Shown here: piece by piece, positions 52,001-64,000 of the stretch
How the letters are laid out: every line of letters begins with the position of its first letter
Numbering within the stretch: position 1 is the first letter of the stretch
DNA from: Paraspadella gotoi
Taxonomy: Eukaryota > Animalia > Chaetognatha
Direction of reading: 5' to 3'
Assembly: GCA_051294375.1 (NCBI GenBank)
Contig: CM119267.1
Span: 19,380,709 to 19,444,708 of the forward strand
DNA length: 64,000 bases
The notes under the pieces: generated by a model
What the model was told of the DNA's origin: nothing
The model's input: the letters and a program-made list of their open reading frames with translations, nothing else
Databases searched by the model: none
Made by a program: the position numbers and the translations under genes

Positions 52001-52573
52001 ATTCAACTACCGACACCTTTATATAACTGAAACTTTACGTTTACGTTTACAAACTTTACGTGTTAGTGTTAAAAAGACATCTGTCTGAATGAGATATCTT
52101 TTTTGTAATGGTATCAATAGTGTAAAAAAAAAATATAAGCTTCATTGATGAAATTTGATAATTCAAAAGCCACGTTTATCGAAAACGTGTTCGTCGTCGT
52201 CGTCGTCGTTGTCGTCGTCGTCGTCGTCGCGTTTCAACTTGCCGTTTTACTCGAACACTTCGCGAGAAAATTGCAAGTTTTTTTTTCTCTCTACAATTTT
52301 TTACTTTTTTTTTCTCAATGACGTCGAGAGTATTTAATTATAATTAAATCTTAGAAAATCTTCGCTCGGTTATCGGTCTTCCTTCTTCTTCGCCTTTTTT
52401 TTTTTTTGCCGATAAAACGTCGACTAATCAGCGCGAAAGAAAATCCTAGTCGTCGTCATCGTTACATCGTTTTCATCGTCGTCCTCATCGTTTTAACGAT
52501 GCCTCACTTCGTTTTTAACGCCGAGCTGTCGCGCCAGTCGTCAAGCGACGATGATGGGAAAGTCACCGAGAGA

Positions 52574-52645
<72 letters not shown>

Positions 52646-52827
52646 AGAGAGTATCTCTCCCTTGTCACCCAAAGCAGCGCCCTTTTCGACTCCCATCCAT
52701 TGACCACTCTCGCCTTCTTCACACACCACCCGACCTTAACTGGCGGTGACAGGCGGCTTCAAAAGTGTCAGACCGAACCAAAACCTCGACGTCTCTCTCC
52801 TCCGCTGACGGAGAGAGGGTGGGGGAG

Positions 52828-52879
<52 letters not shown>

Positions 52880-52891
52880 CAGAGAGAGAGA

Positions 52892-52934
<43 letters not shown>

Positions 52935-54005
52935 AATGGCGGGATGACGTCATCAACGTCGCTGAAAAAACCGAAATGAAGCGAAAACAGAAAAATAACC
53001 TAAACGAAACAAAGAAAAGTTGAATAATTAGAGAGAAACAAAAATAGTTGCGAGGACAATAACCGAAAGGCTAATGAGAATGTTAAGGGGAAAAAAATAC
53101 AAAGAGAGAAAGTTAAACAATTCCCGCCAAAAAAACTGAAAATGAATATGAAAATATCAATGTCTCTGATTTCATTATTTCACAGAGAGTGAATAAACGG
53201 GACTGTGAGTCTTGATTGAAAGAGTGATGGAGGCCACTAAAGCCTGTCCAAAGTCAGGGGCAAGATAGCTTATTTATTAAATGAATGGATAATTTTTATA
53301 TTGGTTGTACCAATTTCATACAATTATCAATAAAACTATCCATGGAAAATGAAAAAGCCAACTACGTTAGTTTCGGAGATACAGCGAGTCCAACGAATCA
53401 AGAAAAGTTTGGAAATGAAAATTGAAGTACTAACACAAAGTGTAAAAGTATGTTCGAACGATGTTGAGCTAGCAAGCAGAGCAAGCAGTCACGGGATGGA
53501 ATAAAGGGATAAGTACCATTAAAAGAAGGGAAGGAAAACTCTATAAGAAAATAGTTTGAATAATTGAATGAATATATATATGTGCCTGAACTACGTCTTA
53601 GTTTGTTGGGACATCAGAAACTTGTGTAAGTACGGCGGACAACGGCCCTAGCCAGGGAATCGAAGAAAACGCGCCGTGATATTTTTGCTTCGGACGCGAT
53701 TTGTTTTGAAGAGGGAATTCGCGTGCGGACACGGAAGCGCGTTTTCTGGGGAGAGGGGGGATTAAGTCGAAACGACCGTTGCCTGATTGAATGGAACCGG
53801 GCAGTTGCGAACCGACGCCTCAGAACTCATCCCTTCGATCAATTACATCCGGAGTCCGACGTGGTTATTTTTGCCTCCGCAAGATTTCGGGAATGAATTT
53901 TTTTTTTTTTTTGGCCGAATTACTCCTAGAGGGGCAGTTGGGTAATGGTGCAATCTGGCGGAATGAGTGTGAGAGAGAGAGAGAGAGAGAAGAGAGAGCG
54001 AGAGC

Positions 54006-54083
<78 letters not shown>

Positions 54084-55148
54084 CTAAGATAAGGATATTG
54101 AGAGCTCATTGGCAAAACAAACTAAAACAAAATGAAAAAATCTGCACTTAGATGTACCTTGCTACTAGAAATACATTTTGAATAAATTTTGACAATTTAA
54201 CAACAACTAACTTACGGTATTTATTATAAAATTAAAGTCTAAGAATGTTGCAAAAAAATTGGCTTATATTCTTTTGTGTAAGAAGCAAAACTTCGTTGGT
54301 CGATTGACTTCGGTTCTCTTGAAATCATTTTTCTAATTCTCTTTCATTTTATTGAGCCCCGATGGATCGTATAGTTTCTTGACCTTGTGACTTGGCCAAC
54401 TTCGCTATAAATATGTCCTTGTTTTTTTCTTGGTTACCTTAAAAATAACTGGCACACATTCGCTTAATACTGGAAATCGGTTCTAAGGGCGAATTCCTCT
54501 TTCACAGTTCACGGAGGTAAGGTTCGGGTAAGGATCGAAAAGAAAGTAAAGGAAAAGAAGGATTTTTTATCGGATGATTAACGATGGAATGAAATCGGAG
54601 CCTTCGTCTTGGAGAGACTATGAATGGAATGTTGATTGGCGAAGAGGGCGTGGCGGGAGAAGGTTGAGAATGCAAAGGATGTGAAGAAGGCGAAGAAGGT
54701 GAAGGAAAAGGAGGCTAAGAATACAAAAGATTCAAATTGAAAGGCGAGAATTAAGCAAAGAAGACTGAGTAAATACTCAGTGAGTCTGGCTTTGCAACAA
54801 GTTAACCTCGCCAATAAGCATGACTTCTTAACTCGTGACGCCGCTTGCTCATTTAATATTACAATCAGCTCATGACCATCAGGTACCGGGATCGATTCCT
54901 TATGTACCTACCAAGCGAGAAGCTTGAGGAAGGCCGTGAACCTTGGGGGCCTGGAAAACTGTCGAGCCTGTTTCCAAACCCAGGACCGGTTCCGTGGCTG
55001 CTAGAATGGTTAAAGAAATTGATGCCAAGGTCGAAGAAGGCGGATCGCGACGGAAAGGGGAATGAATCAATCAATCAATGAATTAATTATTCAAACAATC
55101 AATACTTATTTGTACTGAATGAATGAATAATTTAATTGAATAATTGAT

Positions 55149-55150
<2 letters not shown>

Positions 55151-55246
<96 letters not shown>
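55151..55246. repeat. (AAT)n microsatellite
   Basis: Directly visible. Confidence 0.95.
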
Positions 55247-55943
55247 TAATGAATGAACAAATGAATGTCTAATCAAAACGTAAAAAATGAAGACAGAATT
55301 AGAAAGACTCAAATAAAGAAGAGAAAAAAAAGAAAGAAGGAAAGAAATTGAGTAGAAAAGGAAAGCTAATTAATTAGACATGAAGACCTTGTACACGTAC
55401 ACGTGCACGTACACGCGCCGCCCTTTTTTGTTTTGGTCTCAAGGTCTTTAATTTCGATTCCGCCGGGGCGAGGAAGAGGAGAAGAGGAAGAAGGGGGAGG
55501 AGGGGCGGGTTGGGGGGGGGGGGTTGAGCCCGAAACAAAGCGATCGAGTTTTAAATCTTTTTTTTTTTGTTTTTAATTTAAATCTCGAATAATCTTAGAT
55601 TATTTTTTAAGTGCTACTTTTGTTTTTTGTTCGTTGTTTTGTTTTTTTTCGGAGAAACAAGTTTGACGCAATACAATGGTCGCGATCTGCCGACGATAAT
55701 TAAGCGGTAATCAGCTAATCAGTTGATAAATGACGATAATTCTTTCAATTTGTTATCCTAATTTGATCATAACATATGGTACCATACCAAACCATTGGCT
55801 GCGCTAATACGTATAAATCGCTTGCAAGGGATTAATTTTTTTTAACTATTATTATTTTTTCAACTGGCACCATTTTTTTTTACTTGCACCATTTTTTTAA
55901 CTCGCACTATTTTTCCAACTTGCATCATTTTTTCAACAATAGC

Positions 55944-56039
<96 letters not shown>
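55944..56039. repeat. (AAT)n microsatellite
   Basis: Directly visible. Confidence 0.95.
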
Positions 56040-56284
56040 CATGCTTGACGCTTTTTATCATCTTCATCGTTCAAACTCATCAAGCTCGATTGCTTCGCTT
56101 CATAATAAGTCAATATTGTTTTTAAATGGCTTCTGTTAACGGAAGCGAAGATTAAGGCAACTCGCAGACAAACAACGACGACGCGATGGTCACCATGACA
56201 ACGATGATTAAAATTAATCTACTTTAGTTCTGTTCGTAACTAATCCGTCCGGCTTTTGCGTTGACGTTGAGTTGTGCTTGTTGT

Positions 56285-56329
<45 letters not shown>

Positions 56330-57188
56330 AAACAATCTCTCTTTATTCTCCCTAATACATAATCTCAAATACGAATCGCAGCGCCACCCATCGACTCGAC
56401 GAGTAAACAAAAAAACCGGTCTGAAGAGCAAACAAAAAGTCTATCCGACTCGGCGGGTGACCAAAAAAACAACAAAAAAGATAAACAAATAAAGGCTACA
56501 TTAATTTCGGTTACAGAAAGTCGGATGTTCGATAATTCGTTGCGCCAAGATCGAAGGGCCAAGATTGACCCCCCCCTAAGCTCGACCGTACCTTCACCCG
56601 TAGCTCCCACTCCCAAAAAAAAATTAATTTTTTTGACTTCACATTAATTTTGTTAATGAAAAAAAAAGGATGATCAAATAATTTCTCAACCCCGGTTTGA
56701 CTTAGACCCACCTCTCTGGCCCTCTCAGCACTCAACCCCGTATTGACTAATTTAGACCCACCTCTCTGGCCCTCTCAGGCAACTCCCCCCCCTTCCCCCA
56801 GAAGAAGAAAAAAATTAAAATAAGAAAACCGTTTAATATTTATAAAAGATTATTTAAACATAATTTAGAAAACATTATTATTATTGCATTGTTTTTTTTT
56901 TAACGAACAAAAACGGGACATTTAAATTTCGTTCATTCAAAAAAATTTAGAAAAAAAAAAATCACCGAAGGTCCGGCAGCCTTTTTCTCCAGGCCCCTTC
57001 TATTTGCACCGGGCCAGCACCACCTACTTCCCCTACTCCCCCCCTCCCCGCCATCTAATCCCCCACCATCCCCCTCCCCCTTACACCCCCACCCCAACGA
57101 AATTATAAATAAAAATTCACACCCCTCCGATATCGGACTCACATGGGGCGAAAGAAATAGAAATGGTGTGTGATCGAAGTGGAGGACG

Positions 57189-57220
<32 letters not shown>

Positions 57221-58470
57221 AGAGGAGAGAGGAGGTTCGTGTGAAGAAAAAGGGCGAGGAGGAGTGAAGGAGGAGGAGGATTGAGGAGTGAGGATGACCG
57301 GAAATGAAGAGGGCGTGAGAGGATGACGAGAAAAAAAAGGGTTTGACGGAAGGCAAGCGGAAGTCACGGCGGCACGACGACGATGGACGACGACCAAGAA
57401 GGACGGAAAATATATTTAATTTGTTTATATATATATTATTTTTTTTTTGGTTTGTTTTATGTAATTTCTTCTTTTTTTGTTTTGAAAAATTTTTGTTTGT
57501 CGTTTGTCGTTGGAAGGAAAGTAAACAGTCCTCGTCGCGAGAGGTAAGTAAACGAGAAAGAGAGCATGAGAGAGAGAGAGAGATGAGATGAGAGAGAGAG
57601 AGAGAGAGAGAGAAGAGAGAGAGAGATGATGAGAGAGAGAGAGAGAAGGAGAATGAGACGGCCCGGTCGCCCCCTGGGTGGCGTGCGATGAAGAGAAAAA
57701 GATTGCACACAAAAATCCTGCAAGAGGGAGGAGGAAAAAAAAGTTTAGGTAGTGTAGTTAACGATATTAATTATTTATTACAAAATGAAGGGCGAAGGAG
57801 AAAGAACCGAACAGAGGACGAGGGAGAGGAAAATCGCGGGACGTCAATCGAGACGAAACGTGAGTGAGATGAGAGAGGAGAGAGAGGAGAGAGAGAGAGA
57901 GAGAGAGAGAAGAAGAGAGAAGAGAGAGAGACGAGGAGAAGGAATGAGATGAGAGACGGAGAGGACGAGAGAGAGAGACACTGGGCAACAGAGNNNNNNN
58001 NNNNNNNNNNNNNNNNNNNNNNNNNNNNNNNNNTCGGTTATGGCGTCTCTGGCGCCACGAGGCCTCAAATGACGACGCTCAGGTGACGTGAATGGTCGAC
58101 GATGACGACGATGACGACGACGACGATGACGACGACGGGACGAAGGAGAAAATTAAAACAAAAAAAGCGAAAAAAAAAAAACTGAACGAAAGAGTCTAGA
58201 TTGTGAGTGTTGGTGATGAAGAGAGGGAAAAGAGGAGGAAGAGGAGGAAGAGGACAGAAGGTGATTTCGTCCGCTCTCCAGCCGCGCCACTTTCTATGGG
58301 GCTCGTGCTTGCATCATGGAACCAGAGCGAGAGAGAGAGAGAGATAGGGAGAACGTGAAGAACGATAAGAGGATGGAGAGAAAAGCGAGAAATGAAGGAG
58401 AGGGAGTTAAAAATGAATGGAAAACCTGGGATATAAAGAGAAAAATTTTATGAAAAGAAAGAGAGAGAGA

Positions 58471-58524
<54 letters not shown>

Positions 58525-58526
58525 AG

Positions 58527-58558
<32 letters not shown>

Positions 58559-58712
58559 GAGAGAGAAAGAGAGAAGAGAGGTTTTCGGGATCCGGTTACT
58601 GCAATCGCGCCCTCTTGGTTCTTCGAGCCAAAAGAATTTTGTCTGCGAGTCGAATGAAACAAAAGCGCATCTCGCACTTTGGGTCGATAGGAGGGCGATC
58701 CGCGTTGTTGCT

Positions 58713-58778
<66 letters not shown>

Positions 58779-59186
58779 TCTACAATCTCTTATTAGTGAA
58801 TAATGAATTATTATATTTTTTTTAATTTTCTTTTGACTGTTCGTTTCTTAGTCCCTTTACATGCACGTTACAATACTATTTAATCAAAATAAAACGAAAA
58901 TCCTATTTTGCATTTTTTTATCGTCCGTTGCCGTTAAACTGATGAAGTTCTTTTTTTTATTCATATGTTTTTAGCACAATAGTTGTTTAACATTAAATCA
59001 ACCAGTTTGCAATTCGATAAGTAACAATCAGGTGACTATAAAATTAATCGTTTCGGCTTGACGCATCTAATCACGTCGGCACGTTGCCTTTTATTCTTGC
59101 GCTTTAACTAATCAACGATTAAAGACTTTTTTCTGCTTCTACTAATTAAATCCGGTTTGATTTAATACTCCGTCGTTAATTCGCAA

Positions 59187-59249
<63 letters not shown>

Positions 59250-60944
59250 CTCTCTCTCCCTACAGAACGAAATAAGTGTTCTTTTTTCTTTCAAAGAAAG
59301 TCTCTCTTCCCCTCCGTTTACGCTTTCCCCCCCTCGCCCCCCCTCGCCCTCCCTCGGCATCTCCGGATGGACTCTTCTTTTTATTTCGTCCGGGGACGTT
59401 CACCCCGATCCTCATTTCTCATGAGCGATAATGAAGAGACAAGAAACTTGGATGTTTGCGGCTGACGAGTCCGCGCGGGGGCGGAAGTGGGAGAGGAAAA
59501 GATTGCTGCCAAAAAAAAAGTAGGAATTTTATCTTATTACATTCATAAGGTCAGAGATTACGTTCCTCGTGTCGTCTTGGTGCGAGAATCGAGAAAAGGA
59601 TTTTGATATTCAGAAACGAAAACAAAATCATTGAAGTGTTCTGCGAGGAGGTGAAAGAGCCAAAATCCTTTTTTACTGCAATATGCAAATGAAAATTTAA
59701 ATATTTCTGTTATCTTTAAAAATATTTTCTTTTTCTTTCGTTAAACCGATTTAAATCTTCAGCAACCCGACCTCAACAACGCACTCCCCGTGGGCGCCTT
59801 CCGCAATCCGAGCGCGAAATATTTGGCGCCGCGATTCAAAGGCGCAATCGGGCGGCGCGGCGCGGAGCCAAGGGGCGGACCCGTCGGCGTTGGAGCCCGT
59901 CGAATGATTTCGTCGAAGAGAAGATATGACCCCGGGGTCGACGTCATTCCGTTTCCATAGAAAAAAGAAATAGGGGATGAAAAATATGACCCCTGTAGGG
60001 ACAGAGGGAGTGATGGGCGGTGGTGGTCTCTACTAGAATAAAAAAAAATATACAAGCCCGACGAAAGAAAAAAAGGGGGAACCAGCGAATTTTTTCCCCC
60101 AGAAAAAGAAACGCCTTCTTTGGTTCCTCCTTCTTTTCCTCTCTCCTTTCATTTTCCATCTAGACCCACTTTTTTTTTCCTCTCCGATGGATGAACCGCA
60201 GTTGGCAAAATTCGTCGAGCGCTTTCGATTTCCAATCCATCAGGCGGCGCCTGTAGTCTGTAGCTTCATATCCTTAGCTATCTGAAGCATCTTCTGTAGT
60301 TTCGCCGATAAAAACTAACCATCGACAGACCTTGATTGCATAATATGCAATGCATATCTATGGCGCAGCTACTGTTTGTTTCGATTTTTAGGAAAGATAA
60401 ATTTTATTCAGAACTTTTTAATTCCCTGCGAAGTAACTTGGTCACCCTGGTTAAAGATTACGTGTGTTATAGATTTTGTGTTTTATAAACGGTAAATGTT
60501 AAACTAGGTAAAAACTCGCTTTCTTGTATAGTTTTTCTCCAAAATTTACCCGCCGTCGCCCACGATCTCTCTGGCCTCAGATTTTTAAATTTTCGCCCGT
60601 CAATCGAGCTGCGCAATTAACCCTCACTTTCCCGCCGAAATAGAATAAAGCCGCTTTTCTTAATCGCCGAACTCCGCCAATCCTTAAACGCTTTCACGTC
60701 ACCTCAACAACCTCAACACCTCAACATTACGCATACCGTTGATATTTTACCTGTCGGTTACTGTCGTCTTCATACGGCATACGTCATATCACCCTCTTTT
60801 CTTTCCCAAGAAACCCGACAGCGACTTGGAGAGCCGCTTCTAGGGTTTCCGACTCTATCTTTCCACCGGGAGACTTCGACATCGTCTTCGTCGTTATCAT
60901 CGTCGTCGTCGTCGTCGACGTTATCGCCCTCCCGATCGTCGTCG

Positions 60945-61120
60945 CCGTTGCCAGGCAGCGACGCACGTGCTTCCGAAGCGCCCCGCGTCGATTGGTCCTC
61001 GAGGGCGGCGAGAAACCTGCGAGCTCCGATTGGTCGATTTGAGAACGGCCACGCTGACGTCGCGATTCGAAAAGCGAACCAATCAGAGCGGGAGAAACAC
61101 CGCGTCTCGCGACGTCAGTG
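60945..61120. promoter_or_regulatory. Promoter-like cluster: three CCAAT boxes, two CRE-like sites, E-box
   Basis: ATTGG at 60991 and 61029, CCAATCAG at 61079, TGACGT at 61055, GACGTCA at 61111 and CACGTG at 60964, all in a CpG-rich 180-bp stretch. The target transcript is not established. Confidence 0.5.
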
Positions 61121-61973
61121 TCGAAGAAAACGCGGAAACAACTTTACTCTGCCTTTGACTTGTGGGTCTCATTACTCTCAATCCTTCACAACATCCACCT
61201 ATCCCCCCCCCTTAAACTCCCCCCCACTGCTGCACTTTACTCACATTTCTTATCACCCTGAGATTTTTCTCTCGCGTCCTTCTTTTTCCCTCTTTTTCAC
61301 TCTGTCTCGCTCTTTCTCTCTCCCACTTTCCCAGGATAAAATAAATAATAAAAAATAATTATTTATCAAATACAAAAGTAAAACCGATTGATTTTTTTTC
61401 TTTTTTTCAAGACGTCGAAGCCTCGCTCTCTCTCTGTTGTCAAACGAAGATAGCAATAACCCTCCACATACAATTAATTCTGGCAATAAATAATCATACA
61501 GAGATAATAAAAAGATACTATTATTATTAACGCGTCAATAAAGAATAATGTTCGCGTAGCGAGAGACCCGCGGACTCCGGCCGGGAGGACGGAACTGACT
61601 AGAGCCGGTAAAGCTGCTCTCATTTAGTTCGTGACGAACTCCATTCGTCCATAAGTCCCTCAACTCCGTCCATTCTCCCAATTCCTCCGTCGGTCTCTCT
61701 CTCCATCCGTCCATCTTCCCTCTCCCGGGCGAGATTAATCATTGACTTATTGTCTCCAAAACTCCATAACTCATCTCGTCTAAGACGGAGACTCTTAGGA
61801 CAAAGAGTTCGGAAGTGGGGGGGAGGGGAGAGAGAGGGAGAGCGGGGAAAGGAGGGAGGGGAGACGGTGAGAGAGGGTGGGGGAGAGAATGTCGGGGTGG
61901 TGGAAGAAGGGAGAGAGAAGAGGAGGGAAAGACTGGAAAGAAGGAAGGGAGGAAGGAACGAAAAAAGGGAGAG

Positions 61974-62035
<62 letters not shown>

Positions 62036-63763
62036 TAACTCATTCGTTACGGTTCAGAGGTCCCTCGTTTTTTTTCTCTCCAGCCTTCATCCTTCCCACT
62101 TGAGAGATAACCGTCGCTGGGTTTACCTTTAAACTCGCCTCATAATTATCTATTCACCTCTGGCTTCTTTCTCCTTTATTTGGATCCCTCGTCCTTACCT
62201 TAGTTCGCCAAGGTTTTTTTTTTTCCTTTTCTCTTCTTCTTTTTAATATTTTCTTTCTTTACCTTTATCAAATTCATCACACATTCTTTGTCCTCGTCTC
62301 TCCGGGCGAGCGAGATTCACCCCATGAATGTGAACTTGTGAAATCGAGTCAGAATATGATGGAATGACGTGTGAAGAGTTGGGATATTCCCAGCTTTTTT
62401 TTAACTTGGTGACTCAGATATCACAGAAAACGACGTTCTATTCAATGAAGTTTGTTAGTTGTATATTCACACCGTCTCACTTTCAACTTCAAATAGCCAA
62501 TATCGATCGCATATCCGTTAGTTCCATCCACACGTTTCGCTGCATTGGCTAAAGTATGACGGTACTAGTTAAATAGTAATTATTGTAACCGCGCGTTGCT
62601 ATCGAGGTTCCACAGCCCTTAACGCCAACTGGTGACAGGCCCTAACCATGAGTAGAGTAGATCACAGTGTTCCTCACAATTCTTATTTCTACATTTTCGA
62701 CGATCCATCTTGCAGATCGAACCTGCCAAGGCCAAGGCAATCGTCTCCCCTAGAGTCCCACGAGTCATCCATGCAAAGAAGTCGTTTGTTCAACGTTGTC
62801 GCTTCCAAAGTCGACATCTGTTCAAAAATCTTTCACGCTTTTGTCTTCGCTTTTTTCCCAAACCAGAACCCGGGGGAATTTCCCGGCTGAATCGAGAGAC
62901 TGGTGACGACGACGACGACGACGACGACGACAGTGAGAATGACAAGCACTTTGACGAACAGAGATTAAATTTTAAAATCGCGGTAACGCATCTCTGTAGA
63001 TAAATGGACTGTCTTATTCATATGAAGATAAAATGCAGAAGACAAAAGTATGCTCAAGACTCAGAATCACTCGCCTAATTTCAGAGCAAATTCGTTTTCT
63101 CGTTTTCTTAAAATTTCGAGGAATGGACCGATAGATGGATCTGAATGATCAAATTGTATGTCCTTTTTTGGCTTCTCAGTTCCCAGTTTTTTTTTCTGAT
63201 TGACGAAAGAGAGAGAGAGAGAGAGAGAGAGAGTGTGTGTCAGTGGCCAAAAATCAACCGGTTTCTATTTGGGCCGTAAATGATATCATTCAGTAATCCA
63301 AGAGTCGGATAGAAGAGAGGGAACATGATTACTTATCTGTCTTCCACCTTTAAGGAATGACCATAAATTCTCAAGTTATAAAACTTTAGGGACTTGTATA
63401 ATGTATAGTGTATATTGTTCACTTCCTGCCTTTATAGTTTATACTCGTTGTTTTGACAATAAATCTCCTTCGATTTCTCCGAAATAAACCAGGCTTATTT
63501 TTATACAAGGATAGTGACCACAAAAAAAAAGCTTTCTCGAACCTTTTTTTCCCATTCATTATTCTCGCAGCATTGTTTTCAGATTTTAAATTTTAATTGT
63601 GTTTTCAAATTTCATATTTAATACTTTTATACTTACATTTTATTATTATAACAATTTTTCGCATTTTGTACCTTATTACCTACATCGTTATAGTTTATAT
63701 TTACATTATTTTAATTTGCAGTTCAACCGTTTTACCATTCAACCCTTTTTAACCAAAAAAAGA

Positions 63764-64000
63764 ATGCCTTTTACTGGCAAACGCTACCTCGTTACTGGAG
63801 CGGCGTCCGGGATCGGCGCTGGTGTCTGCGATCGACTCGTAAAATCCGGCGCCGAGGTGATCGCGCTCGACGTCAGCGCCGACGGTCTCGCCAATTTGGC
63901 GGAGTCGCGCCCGGGCCTCGTCACCATCCATCAAGACGTCGCCGATTGGTCGGCCACCAAGGACGCCTTGAAGGATCTTCCGGCTCTCAATGGGCTCGTC
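63764..64000 (+). CDS. Short-chain dehydrogenase/reductase, L-xylulose reductase (DCXR)-like, 5' part (runs off window)
   Basis: Encodes MPFTGKRYLVTGAASGIGAGVCDRLVKSGAEVIALDVSADGLANLAESRPGLVTIHQDVADWSATKDALKDLPALNGLV. It has the TGxxxGIG Rossmann motif and a 'D+.DW.AT..AL' segment typical of DCXR. A TTTGCAG acceptor at 63715-63721 precedes the ATG. Confidence 0.9.
   Translation, partial: MPFTGKRYLVTGAASGIGAGVCDRLVKSGAEVIALDVSADGLANLAESRPGLVTIHQDVADWSATKDALKDLPALNGLV

Noticed and set aside
54865-55081. Overlapping 69-aa ORFs in a GC-richer patch
   Set aside because: No motif or consistent splice signals identified.
62716-62990. Plus-strand exon-like ORF (IEPAKAKAIVSPR...DDDDDDDD) upstream of the SDR
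   Set aside because: No recognisable homology, the acidic run is a GAC microsatellite, and the SDR has its own complete N-terminus at 63764.

Overview
Eukaryotic (animal, probably invertebrate) draft-assembly window with many N gaps, abundant AG/GAAA/GAC/AAT microsatellites and some stretches that look like raw, error-rich long-read gap fill. Almost all ORFs in the supplied track are microsatellite or gap artefacts, so the genes were reconstructed by hand from splice sites. (1) The 5' half of a large minus-strand AMPA-type ionotropic glutamate receptor gene runs from ATG 32490 to at least 2785. It covers the signal peptide, the whole amino-terminal domain (ATD) and the start of ligand-binding segment S1, and continues beyond the left edge. 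It has two paralogous, same-phase versions of exon 2 (31668-31823 and 29685-29846) that look like mutually exclusive exons swapping part of the ATD, including its dimer-interface helix. (2) Just upstream on the same strand is a tandem pair of small proline-rich membrane-protein genes (45950-46625 and 47039-47510) with a dispanin/CD225- or DUF4190-like layout, reminiscent of the AMPA-receptor auxiliary proteins SynDIG/PRRT. (3) 33.7-43.2 kb is a degraded mirror image of the sequence to its right, most likely a fold-back read artefact. (4) A DCXR-like short-chain dehydrogenase starts at 63764 on the plus strand. Short hairpin-capped interspersed repeats and a CCAAT-rich promoter-like region (~61 kb) are also present.
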